From: Bdellovibrionia bacterium
GTDB taxonomy: Bacteria > Bdellovibrionota > UBA1018
Reading direction: 5' to 3'
Assembly: GCA_045805065.1 (NCBI GenBank)
Contig: JBJMMA010000130.1
Span: forward strand, 1 to 10,535
DNA: 10,535 nt
The stretch's first letter is position 1. Every line of letters begins with the position of its first letter. Under the pieces are notes generated by a model. It worked only from the letters and a program-made list of their open reading frames with translations. It made no database searches and was not told the DNA's origin. The translations under genes and the position numbers were made by a program. Positions 1 to 10,475 of this stretch are shown piece after piece.

Positions 1-2056
<2,056 letters not shown>

Positions 2057-2612
2057 CTTCTATTATTTTATAGCTGTGACAGCCGATCTCTTGTTCTACA
2101 AGAACATCTGCTTCATCTCCCGTCTTACGACGTTTGCTTTCCGCTGATGCTCTACCTTTCCAAAGAAAGACAACCTTGTTTGAAACAAGATCTCCCTCTC
2201 TGATTCTTCACCTATTCTTGGATCCCTGAAGATTTCTCTTCAGATCACTCAATACTTTAGGAGAATTTTTTTTCTTCTTTTAGAAGATGTGAACTCTCGT
2301 TCATCATCCGCTTGTATGGAGTTTGTGATTTGATGTCTCACAACTTTAATCGCTATATGCTTTGCTTAATTGGTACAGTTTCGTAACGCTTTTTATGGCA
2401 TTACGAACTATAGTCGTGTTCTCAGCAGTGCTTTAAGTCATCCCTTCAAGGCTTGCGCCTCAAAGAGCCCTCCTAAAGCCCTTACTTAGATATTGATCTA
2501 TTTTTTTACTGTGTGATCAGGCTCTCCTTGAACATCCCGTCGCCGACTCTTTCGAATCACTTCAGGAGGATCAAGGCGTACTGCCTGATCAATTATTGAA
2601 CGCACTATGGAA

Positions 2613-2625
2613 TTGTCAAAGAACA
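2613..2625 (-). promoter_or_regulatory. rrn spacer boxA antitermination element
   Basis: TGTTCTTTGACAA on the minus strand, downstream of tRNA-Ile. It matches the boxA consensus (TGCTCTTTAACA) and the leader copy at 12/13 positions. Confidence 0.85.
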
Positions 2626-2726
2626 CGTCTTCACGTCACTTGCGCGAAGTGAGGACGAAACTTGTTATTACGACAGACGGCAGTAATCAAACTCTTTCTT
2701 CCCAAACCCAAGCTACCCGCAAAGGT

Positions 2727-2803
<77 letters not shown>

Positions 2804-2845
2804 GCTTGATAGGCTAAAGAATTCTTTTCTCGAACCGCTATCGTA

Positions 2846-2874
2846 TTGGATGAATCCCTTGAAAGAGAGAGTGG
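2846..2874 (-). other. 3' arm of the pre-16S processing stem (pairs with 4917-4945)
   Basis: RNA CCACUCUCUCUUUCAAGGGAUUCAUCCAA is complementary to leader UUGGAUGAAUUUUUUGAAAGAGAAAGUGG, with 25 Watson-Crick pairs, 3 G-U pairs and 1 A-C mismatch. Confidence 0.85.
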
Positions 2875-3041
2875 AGACAGCTGTTGATTCTAGCACCCGA
2901 AGGTGCGACCAACTGAATCAAGCCATGGGCTTGTTTATATTTTGTCCGTCTCAAACTTACGTTTGATTCGGCTTAACCTAGTGAATGTATCTCATCATCT
3001 GTCGATCTACCGAAGTAGATACGGTCGTGTGAGATAGGGAT

Positions 3042-4603
<1,562 letters not shown>

Positions 4604-4916
4604 AACTGTTGAATTGGCGCTGCTTCCGAAGAAACGGCTGCCTATTAACTTGTTAACAATCCTGTGTTCGTAAGTTACCGAAGCAACCTACGCTGACCCT
4701 CTTGCTCTTTGCTTTTCATTACTGGCTTCATTATTATTTTTATAAAGAAGTATTTGTAATCAAAAGAAATTGCTCGAGGCTGTATTTGTCAGTCTCGACA
4801 TCACCCGGAAAGTCTCTAAGACTTGCGTCTTATGCTCTCGGGCTGCCATTTGCCTTTTACCCCTCTGAAGATGACTACAGTCCCCTTCAGTTAGGCTGGC
4901 CTGACTCCTACCGCCC

Positions 4917-4945
4917 CCACTTTCTCTTTCAAAAAATTCATCCAA
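4917..4945 (-). other. 5' arm of the pre-16S processing stem (pairs with 2846-2874)
   Basis: 29-nt complementarity to the post-16S spacer. It begins 1 nt after the leader boxA. Confidence 0.85.
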
Positions 4946-4946
4946 A

Positions 4947-4959
4947 TTGTCAAAGATCA
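4947..4959 (-). promoter_or_regulatory. rrn leader boxA antitermination element
   Basis: TGATCTTTGACAA on the minus strand, ~80 nt downstream of the predicted promoter. Confidence 0.85.
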
Positions 4960-5043
4960 TTCCCCACAGACGACAAAACATCGAAGCGACTTAAGTTACC
5001 TACCGTCGTGTTCGTTACTGCTTCGTTGCCGGGAGTGAGAGGT

Positions 5044-5100
5044 TAACTACTCCTTTCCTAAATTCGCTGCAACATCTTTTTAAGCTTTTTTTCAAAAAAA
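5044..5100 (-). promoter_or_regulatory. Putative sigma70-type rRNA promoter with UP-like A/T tracts
   Basis: Minus strand TTTTTTTGAAAAAAAGCTTAAAAAGATG, then TTGCAG (5067-5072), a 17-bp spacer, and TAGTTA (5044-5049). It lies between the upstream CDS stop and boxA. Predicted +1 is ~5037. Confidence 0.65.
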
Positions 5101-5136
5101 GTTACGCCGCCTCGCATCATCTCTAGTTGTTCGCTC

Positions 5137-6120
5137 TCAATCCCCGAGCGGCTGCGTAACCGGAGAGAGGCCATAGGAGCGCAATCTGCGCAGAAGCGTC
5201 GTTTTGTTCAAACCGATCTCTCGGGCTGTGCGATTAATTTTCCAAAATCGTCGTTCGAGTGCGGTTTCGAGATAAAGTCGCTCGAATTTTTGGATCGCAG
5301 AGGCGTAGTCGAGGCCGATCAGGCTCTGAATGGCCTGCTCGTCTTGGTTTTTTTCAGCACATCTCAGGCGTGCGACTCGATCATCGCCAAACCATACAGG
5401 TAAATCAGACTCCAAGATCTCGGTTCCGTCAGCGGCGAGAACCGCATATTCGAGCACATTTCGAAGTTCTCGGAGGTTGCCAGGCCAGGAATAACGCTCG
5501 AAGGACTCTGCAATCTTCTTGGAAATCCGCAGAATGGATTTTCCATTTGCTGCGCAAACTTCGTGAAGAACAGTGTGAACCAATTCGCCAAATTCTTCGC
5601 AGCGCTCAGTCAGAGGCTTCAGATCAATTGAAATCACCCGCAGGCGGTGAAAGAGATCCTCGCGAAACTCGCCTTTCGCTACAGATGCAGCCAGATCCTT
5701 GTTGGTTGCAGCAATGACTCGCACATCCAGGCGAATCTCTCGATTGCTTCCCACAGGTGAGAGAGTGCGAGATTGGAGAAACTCAAGAAGTCTTGCCTGA
5801 AGCCTTGGCGTAAGCTCGCCTACTTCATCCAGGAAAACCGTTCCCCCTTGAGCGGTCTCAAGCTTCCCCACCCGACGGTAATCAGCGCCGGTAAACGCCC
5901 CTCTTTCATGCCCAAAGAGCTCTGATTCGAACGTGCCCTCATGAAGACTTGCCAGATTGACCGTCACGAATGGCTTGGTTTTTCGCAAGCTCTGCTCGTG
6001 GATCCGCTTCGCGAGACATGTTTTACCGGAACCCGTTGGCCCTGTGATGAGAACTGTTGTGCTTCCCCGCGCGGCCAGGGCCGCCAGGCTTTGAACATCG
6101 CTACACTTGCTTTCGGACAT
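5137..6120 (-). CDS. Sigma54-dependent enhancer-binding protein lacking an N-terminal regulatory domain (AAA+ plus Fis-type HTH)
   Basis: Walker A GPTGSGKT at about residue 27, ESELFGHERGAFTGA, Walker B FLDEV, RVIAATNKDL, FREDLFHRL, sensor II WPGNLREL and C-terminal HTH INRTAREIGLNKTTLLRRL. SD AGGAG at 6127-6131. Confidence 0.93.
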   Translation of the reverse strand: MSESKCSDVQSLAALAARGSTTVLITGPTGSGKTCLAKRIHEQSLRKTKPFVTVNLASLHEGTFESELFGHERGAFTGADYRRVGKLETAQGGTVFLDEVGELTPRLQARLLEFLQSRTLSPVGSNREIRLDVRVIAATNKDLAASVAKGEFREDLFHRLRVISIDLKPLTERCEEFGELVHTVLHEVCAANGKSILRISKKIAESFERYSWPGNLRELRNVLEYAVLAADGTEILESDLPVWFGDDRVARLRCAEKNQDEQAIQSLIGLDYASAIQKFERLYLETALERRFWKINRTAREIGLNKTTLLRRLRSYGLSPVTQPLGD

Positions 6121-6161
6121 ATCGATCTCCTGTCAGTTAAAGAATTGACGGGACAGGTCAA

Positions 6162-6177
6162 AGCAAATGGAGCGCCA
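6162..6177 (-). promoter_or_regulatory. Sigma54 (-24/-12) promoter for the 327-aa bEBP
   Basis: Minus strand TGGCGC-TCCAT-TTGCT versus consensus TGGCAC-N5-TTGCW (1 mismatch, exact GG-N10-GC spacing). Predicted +1 is ~6151, ~30 nt before the ATG. Confidence 0.85.
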
Positions 6178-6329
6178 GCGCTGCTCAATCCCCTCATGAA
6201 AGACCCCTTTCCAGACCGGAGGAAGGATTTTGATTCTAAATACAGATAATTAAATAACTTTGTGTAATAAGCCGCAAAGGTACGCATTTTAAACGGTCGT
6301 AATATAATTTGGCCTCACTTGAGCGATTC

Positions 6330-6347
6330 TGTTGGAAGTTCCCAACA
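6330..6347. promoter_or_regulatory. 18-bp palindrome, candidate bEBP binding site (UAS/operator)
   Basis: TGTTGG-AAGTTC-CCAACA has perfect 6-bp arms and TGT-N12-ACA geometry. It is centred ~187 bp upstream of the sigma54 +1, beyond an AT-rich tract (~6228-6310). Confidence 0.55.
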
Positions 6348-6359
6348 AATGGATAAAAT
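6332..6359 (+). promoter_or_regulatory. Putative sigma70 promoter of the NtrC-type gene (possibly leaderless)
   Basis: TTGGAA (6332-6337), 16-bp spacer, TAAAAT (6354-6359). Predicted +1 is 6366, the A of the ATG. There is no well-spaced SD. Confidence 0.4.
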
Positions 6360-6365
6360 GAAGGG

Positions 6366-7754
6366 ATGTCCCGACAACCTCAGATCCTGATATGTGACGA
6401 CGACTCGACCTTTCACCAGGCGGTGAAACTGGCCTTGAAAGGAAAGTGCGACACTCGCTCGGCTTACAACTCGGATGAGGCGAAGGTCATTCTCGCAAAA
6501 AATCCAATCGACCTGATCCTGCTGGATGTAGCGATGCGCACTCCCGACGAAGGACTCAGCGCGATCAAGCCACTCATCGAGATTGATCCGATGGTGTCAA
6601 TCGTGATGAGCAGCGGACGATCGGACTTTGAGACGGTCAGGGACGCCATGCGCGCGGGCGCTCATGACTATATCGTGAAGGACTTCGAGCCCGACTCTCT
6701 CTGGCATGTTCTGACGCGCGTCCTGGAAACGAAAAAACTCAGGCAGCGCACCGAGCAGCAGAACTTTGAAGTATCTCACCATCAACGTCAGCATGTCCTC
6801 GTCGGTGAGAGCGCAAAGATTCAGACGCTCCGGAAGATGATTGAAAAAGTCCGCTTGAGCCCCGCCAATGTCGTGATTCATGGGGAGACAGGCACTGGAA
6901 AAGAAGTCGTTGCGCGTCAGTTGCGCCGCACCCTGCCCGATGGTTCGCTTGCGCCGTTCATTGCCGTTGATTCTTCCACAATTCAGAGCACGACAGCAGA
7001 GAGCCTGCTCTTTGGCCATGAGAAAGGCGCTTTCACTGGCGCTGACAAAATGAACAAGGGGATTTTTGAAGAAGCGCATGGCGGAATCGTCTACTTTGAT
7101 GAAATCGCGAACATGCCGCTCGACATTCAAGCCAAGCTCCTGCGCGTGATTCAGGAGAAGGAGTTCGTTCGTCTTGGCTCATCAAAGGTCATTCAGTCGG
7201 ACTTTCGGGTGGTTTGCGCCACAAACCGTGACCTGGAGGAAATGGTTCGAGAAGGCGCGTTCAAAGAAGACCTCCTTCAAAGACTCAATGTCCTGCCGAT
7301 CGAACTCAGCCCCCTTCGCGAGAGAATTGAGGACATCCCCTTGCTCATTGAGCATTTCCTGGCTCGCCAAAATGGATTCCGTCCCGGGCTGAACCTGACT
7401 GACGAAGCCATTCTCACACTGAAAGCCTATCCATGGCCTGGAAACATCCGCGAGCTCTCGAATATGATCGCCTATGTCGCGACAATGGCCGAAAGAGACG
7501 AAGTGGATGTTGCCGATCTTCCGCCTAAGTTCAGAGACCATCGGCATCTCTCAGGACAGTCTCAGCCTGTGGAAAGCGACTCAGGATCCGGGTCATTTTA
7601 TGATCGGGTCGCAAAGGTCGAAAAAGAGATTCTCAACTCGGAATACGCTCGGCACGAAGGAAACATCAGCCGCCTTGCTCTTGCCCTGGGCATGGATCGC
7701 TCGCATCTTTATACCAAGCTCAAGGAGCACGGAATTCACTCCCCTAAAAAGTAA
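6366..7754 (+). CDS. NtrC/AtoC-family sigma54-dependent response regulator (REC-AAA+-HTH)
   Basis: REC domain (ILICDDD, LILLDV phosphoacceptor, YIVK), Walker [21 protein letters not shown], Walker [14 protein letters not shown] and [24 protein letters not shown]. Confidence 0.96.
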   Translation: MSRQPQILICDDDSTFHQAVKLALKGKCDTRSAYNSDEAKVILAKNPIDLILLDVAMRTPDEGLSAIKPLIEIDPMVSIVMSSGRSDFETVRDAMRAGAHDYIVKDFEPDSLWHVLTRVLETKKLRQRTEQQNFEVSHHQRQHVLVGESAKIQTLRKMIEKVRLSPANVVIHGETGTGKEVVARQLRRTLPDGSLAPFIAVDSSTIQSTTAESLLFGHEKGAFTGADKMNKGIFEEAHGGIVYFDEIANMPLDIQAKLLRVIQEKEFVRLGSSKVIQSDFRVVCATNRDLEEMVREGAFKEDLLQRLNVLPIELSPLRERIEDIPLLIEHFLARQNGFRPGLNLTDEAILTLKAYPWPGNIRELSNMIAYVATMAERDEVDVADLPPKFRDHRHLSGQSQPVESDSGSGSFYDRVAKVEKEILNSEYARHEGNISRLALALGMDRSHLYTKLKEHGIHSPKK

Positions 7755-7757
7755 CGG

Positions 7758-8429
7758 TCACCGGTGGGATTTCACGCCGACTTGCCTGCAATATGGAAGA
7801 AGCAGGCACTCCGAGCATTTGGGGCGCGTTCCGGTGCAGATGTTTCTTCCAAACGGCACGAGCAGCGGATTGAGCTCGCTCCAGTACTTACGCGGAAGCT
7901 TTTCTTCAAGTGCTGTCAGCGTTTTTTCAGGAGTCGAAGCTGAGACGTACCCCCATCGATTGGTCACCCGATGAACATGGATATCGACACCAATTCTTTT
8001 TTCCTGACAGGCCACGGAGAGTACAAGGTTGGCACACTTGGGCCCAATGCCCTTGAACGAGAGAAGAACCTCGCGGTCGCACGGGATGCCCTTGGGAAAC
8101 TTCTCTTGTGCCTGCAGAGCGATCTCGCGAATGGATTTTGCCTTGGCCTCGGAGAAAGTTGACCCGTAAAGAAGCTTCTGAAGCTCGGGCAGTGAAAGTT
8201 TTAAGACTTCCCTGGGTTTTCGAGCTTTGCTGAAGAATCTTCGAGCAACAACATCAGTCGTCTCTTCGCGCGTCCGAATGGAAATCATGCAAGCAATGAT
8301 CTGCTCAAACACAGATGAAAAGCCATCATCAGCCAGGACGTGCATGGTTGCCTTTTCAAACTTCGCAACCGCTCGCCGCAATCGCTTCATGACTTCATCG
8401 ATATCGAATGGAAGCTTTGGGTCTTGCAC
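7758..8429 (-). CDS. nth: Endonuclease III (HhH-GPD DNA glycosylase/AP lyase, 4Fe-4S)
   Basis: HhH motif LLSFKGIGPKCANLV with the catalytic Lys, VDIHVHRV with the catalytic Asp, and C-x6-C-x2-C-x5-C (CTGTRPKCSECLLLPYC). The GTG start is uncertain. It is convergent with the NtrC-type gene across a 3-bp gap. Confidence 0.95.
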   Translation of the reverse strand: MQDPKLPFDIDEVMKRLRRAVAKFEKATMHVLADDGFSSVFEQIIACMISIRTREETTDVVARRFFSKARKPREVLKLSLPELQKLLYGSTFSEAKAKSIREIALQAQEKFPKGIPCDREVLLSFKGIGPKCANLVLSVACQEKRIGVDIHVHRVTNRWGYVSASTPEKTLTALEEKLPRKYWSELNPLLVPFGRNICTGTRPKCSECLLLPYCRQVGVKSHR

Positions 8430-8510
8430 CCAGCGTTGACCTACAAGGAGCGTGCCTGCCGCAAAGAGATATTTTCCATTCGTGAACTGACTAGCGTATA
8501 TAAAAAAGAG

Positions 8511-9446
8511 ATGAACAACTCAGGGGCGTCCCAGCAAGATTCCGCAGCACCATCCACAACCCTGGTGGTCCTTAACTTTCTTCTCGTCTATCTGATCTGG
8601 GGATCGACCTATCTTGCCATCAAAGTGGGCGTGAAAGACTTCCCTCCACTTTACATGGCGGCCATGCGCTTTCTGGTCGCTGGCACTTTATTGTTTGGAA
8701 TCGGAAAACTTCGGCGCGAGACAGCGCTCCTGCCTGCGGACCGGAAACTTGCCGTCATCAGCGGATCATTACTCGTCTGCGCCAATGGATTTGTCTGCGT
8801 GGCCGAAACGTGGCTCTCTTCAGGACTTGCGGCAATGATCATTGGAACAATTCCCGCCTGGATCACTTTGATTCACTGGCGCTTTTTTTCAGGAAATCGC
8901 CCGAGCCTGAAACAGGCTCTAGGAATTCTGATCTCGATTTCGGGAATCGTGTTTCTTGCCGGCAGCGACACGCAAGGTGCAGGAGCCAACCGTTACTGGG
9001 GCGTCCTAACCCTTCTTGCATCCGTGATTCTCTGGTCATTCGGCACTCTGACGCAAAGAAAGGCCGGAAATCTCAGAAACATCTTCACTTTCTCAGCCAC
9101 GCAACTCAGCGGTGGATGCGTCGCCCTTGCCCTATTGGCTTTGATTTTTGAGGGACCTCAAGCCCTGCTGAAACTTCATGTGGAGAGAGAATCGCTTTTT
9201 GCGTTTTTCTATCTGGTGATCTTTGGTTCTGTGATCGCGTTTTCATCATACCTCTGGCTGAGCCGCAACGTGAACCCGACGAAAGTCAGCACCTATGCCG
9301 TGGTTAATCCCCTGGTCGCAGTATGGATGGGGTGGCTCTTTGCCAATGAGCCCATCACGTCAGGGACCCTCATCTCGTCCGTGCTCATTATATGTGGGAT
9401 TTATTTTGTGATCTTTGATCGCCCTTTGAGAAAAGCTTCAAATTAG
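8511..9446 (+). CDS. EamA/DMT superfamily permease (YedA-like), ~311 aa
   Basis: VYLIWGSTYLAIK, PPLYMAAMRFLVAG, YLVIFGSVIAFSSYLWL and STYAVVNPLVAV, with ~10 hydrophobic segments. The start was reassigned to ATG 8511 because the ORF-track start at 8340 overlaps nth. Confidence 0.93.
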   Translation: MNNSGASQQDSAAPSTTLVVLNFLLVYLIWGSTYLAIKVGVKDFPPLYMAAMRFLVAGTLLFGIGKLRRETALLPADRKLAVISGSLLVCANGFVCVAETWLSSGLAAMIIGTIPAWITLIHWRFFSGNRPSLKQALGILISISGIVFLAGSDTQGAGANRYWGVLTLLASVILWSFGTLTQRKAGNLRNIFTFSATQLSGGCVALALLALIFEGPQALLKLHVERESLFAFFYLVIFGSVIAFSSYLWLSRNVNPTKVSTYAVVNPLVAVWMGWLFANEPITSGTLISSVLIICGIYFVIFDRPLRKASN

Positions 9447-9491
9447 CGAAATCACAGAGTAATTCAATACTTACTCCATCCTTCATAATTG

Positions 9492-9520
9492 TTGACAATA
9501 TTAGTCAGTCATTGTAGAAA
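9492..9520 (+). promoter_or_regulatory. Putative sigma70 promoter of the secreted protein gene
   Basis: Perfect TTGACA (9492-9497), 17-bp spacer, TAGAAA (9515-9520). SD GGAGG at 9549-9553. Confidence 0.65.
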
Positions 9521-9560
9521 TCGACGCAGCTGTTGAGTTGAAACCCGTGGAGGCGTTGAT

Positions 9561-9998
9561 ATGAAAAAGGTTTTACTGAGTATTTTGGCAAGCTTTGCGT
9601 TCTGCCTGCAGGCCCATGCGGCCGTTGATCTATTCGATCCAAGCCCTCAACAACTACCGGATGACGTCTCTCAAGTGGTCTATCAAAGCCTTTCCAAAGA
9701 AGTGCAAGAGAACTGCATCGGCCTTGGGACTTGCAAGATCGAGCTCAAGAATTTTTACTGCGAAAGCCTTGAGACGCCATGGACGAAACCTTCTTATACT
9801 TGCAGCTACGGTTTGAACGATAAATTCCAAGGCGATAACGCTGACCGAATCTACCAAGCTCTGGTACGTGCAGGTTTTATCTCGGACTGCGACGATCATG
9901 ATGGCACCTGCGACATTGATCCGATTAGCAGCATCTCCTGCCGTACCACCAACTCATTCTATCAAGGCCAATCTTTTAGCTGCGTCATCAAAATTTAG
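9561..9998 (+). CDS. Secreted cysteine-rich hypothetical protein with two internal repeats
   Basis: Strong SD, Sec signal peptide MKKVLLSILASFAFCLQAHA (AxA cleavage), and 8 Cys in the mature part arranged as two 4-Cys units. Confidence 0.85.
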   Translation: MKKVLLSILASFAFCLQAHAAVDLFDPSPQQLPDDVSQVVYQSLSKEVQENCIGLGTCKIELKNFYCESLETPWTKPSYTCSYGLNDKFQGDNADRIYQALVRAGFISDCDDHDGTCDIDPISSISCRTTNSFYQGQSFSCVIKI

Positions 9999-10013
9999 AT
10001 TATAGTCTGAGAC

Positions 10014-10475
10014 ATGCGCAAGGCAGCTATCCTAAAGCTCATCAACTTCTGGCCCCCCTACTTTGGGGCCGGCGTCCGAGTGACAAAAATCTCCGCCGAC
10101 ATGCGTGAGATTGATGTCGAGATGAAGCTGAAGTTCTGGAACAAGAACTACGTGGGAACTCAGTTCGGCGGATCACTCTACTCGATGGTCGATCCGTTTT
10201 ACATGCTGATGCTCATCGAAAACCTAGGTCGCGATTACATTGTATGGGACAAGTCTGCGAGTATCCGGTTTAAAAAACCTGGCCAAGGTCGCGTGCGGGC
10301 ACAATTCAGGCTCGATTCCGCTCAGATTGATGAAATCAAAGCCCGGGCCGATTCCGAAGACAAATTTGAACCGCGTTTTCAGATTCAAATCCTGGATGAC
10401 TCCGACGATGTGATCGCCGAGGTTGAAAAACTCCTGTATGTTCGGAGAAAAGACAAAGGGAAGCCTCGTTCCTGA
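10014..10475 (+). CDS. DUF4442/YiiD-C-like hotdog-fold (PaaI-type thioesterase superfamily) protein
   Basis: NFWPPYFGAGVRV, NYVGTQFGGSLYSMVDPFYMLML and YIVWDKSASIRFKKPG, which I recognise as DUF4442-family motifs. Confidence 0.85.
   Translation: MRKAAILKLINFWPPYFGAGVRVTKISADMREIDVEMKLKFWNKNYVGTQFGGSLYSMVDPFYMLMLIENLGRDYIVWDKSASIRFKKPGQGRVRAQFRLDSAQIDEIKARADSEDKFEPRFQIQILDDSDDVIAEVEKLLYVRRKDKGKPRS

Noticed and set aside
2057..2726. CRISPR array, MITE or IS in the long ITS
   Set aside because: The hairpins differ in sequence, with no regularly spaced direct repeats, terminal inverted repeats with target duplication, or transposase.
6139..6152. AAAGAATTGACGGG resembles the universal 16S segment AAAGGAATTGACGGG, making the bEBP 5' UTR complementary to 16S over 11 nt
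   Set aside because: An 11-nt match between several kb of rRNA and the rest of the window is expected by chance. That 16S region is buried in the central pseudoknot area, and the local hairpin explains the sequence.
6228..6310. IHF site and a perfect TATAAT (6303-6308) in the AT-rich intergenic tract
   Set aside because: I found no exact WATCAA-N4-TTR match, and the TATAAT has no credible -35 or extended -10. Both remain possible but are not supportable as features.
6310..6324. Plus-strand TGGCCTCACTTGAGC (GG-N10-GC) as a sigma54 promoter for the NtrC-type gene
   Set aside because: It lacks the TT before GC and the CAC/CGC after GG, so it is much weaker than the minus-strand site.
7745..7765. 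Terminator between the convergent NtrC-type gene and nth
   Set aside because: Only 3 bp separate the stop codons and no hairpin plus U-tract is evident. Tight convergent packing is common.
8340..8510. 57-aa N-terminal extension of the EamA ORF
   Set aside because: It overlaps nth on the opposite strand and the shared promoter region. EamA similarity starts only after ATG 8511.
5259..9899. Antisense and alternate-frame ORFs inside the bEBP, nth, EamA and secreted-protein genes
   Set aside because: They largely or entirely overlap well-supported CDSs, and none has a recognisable motif.
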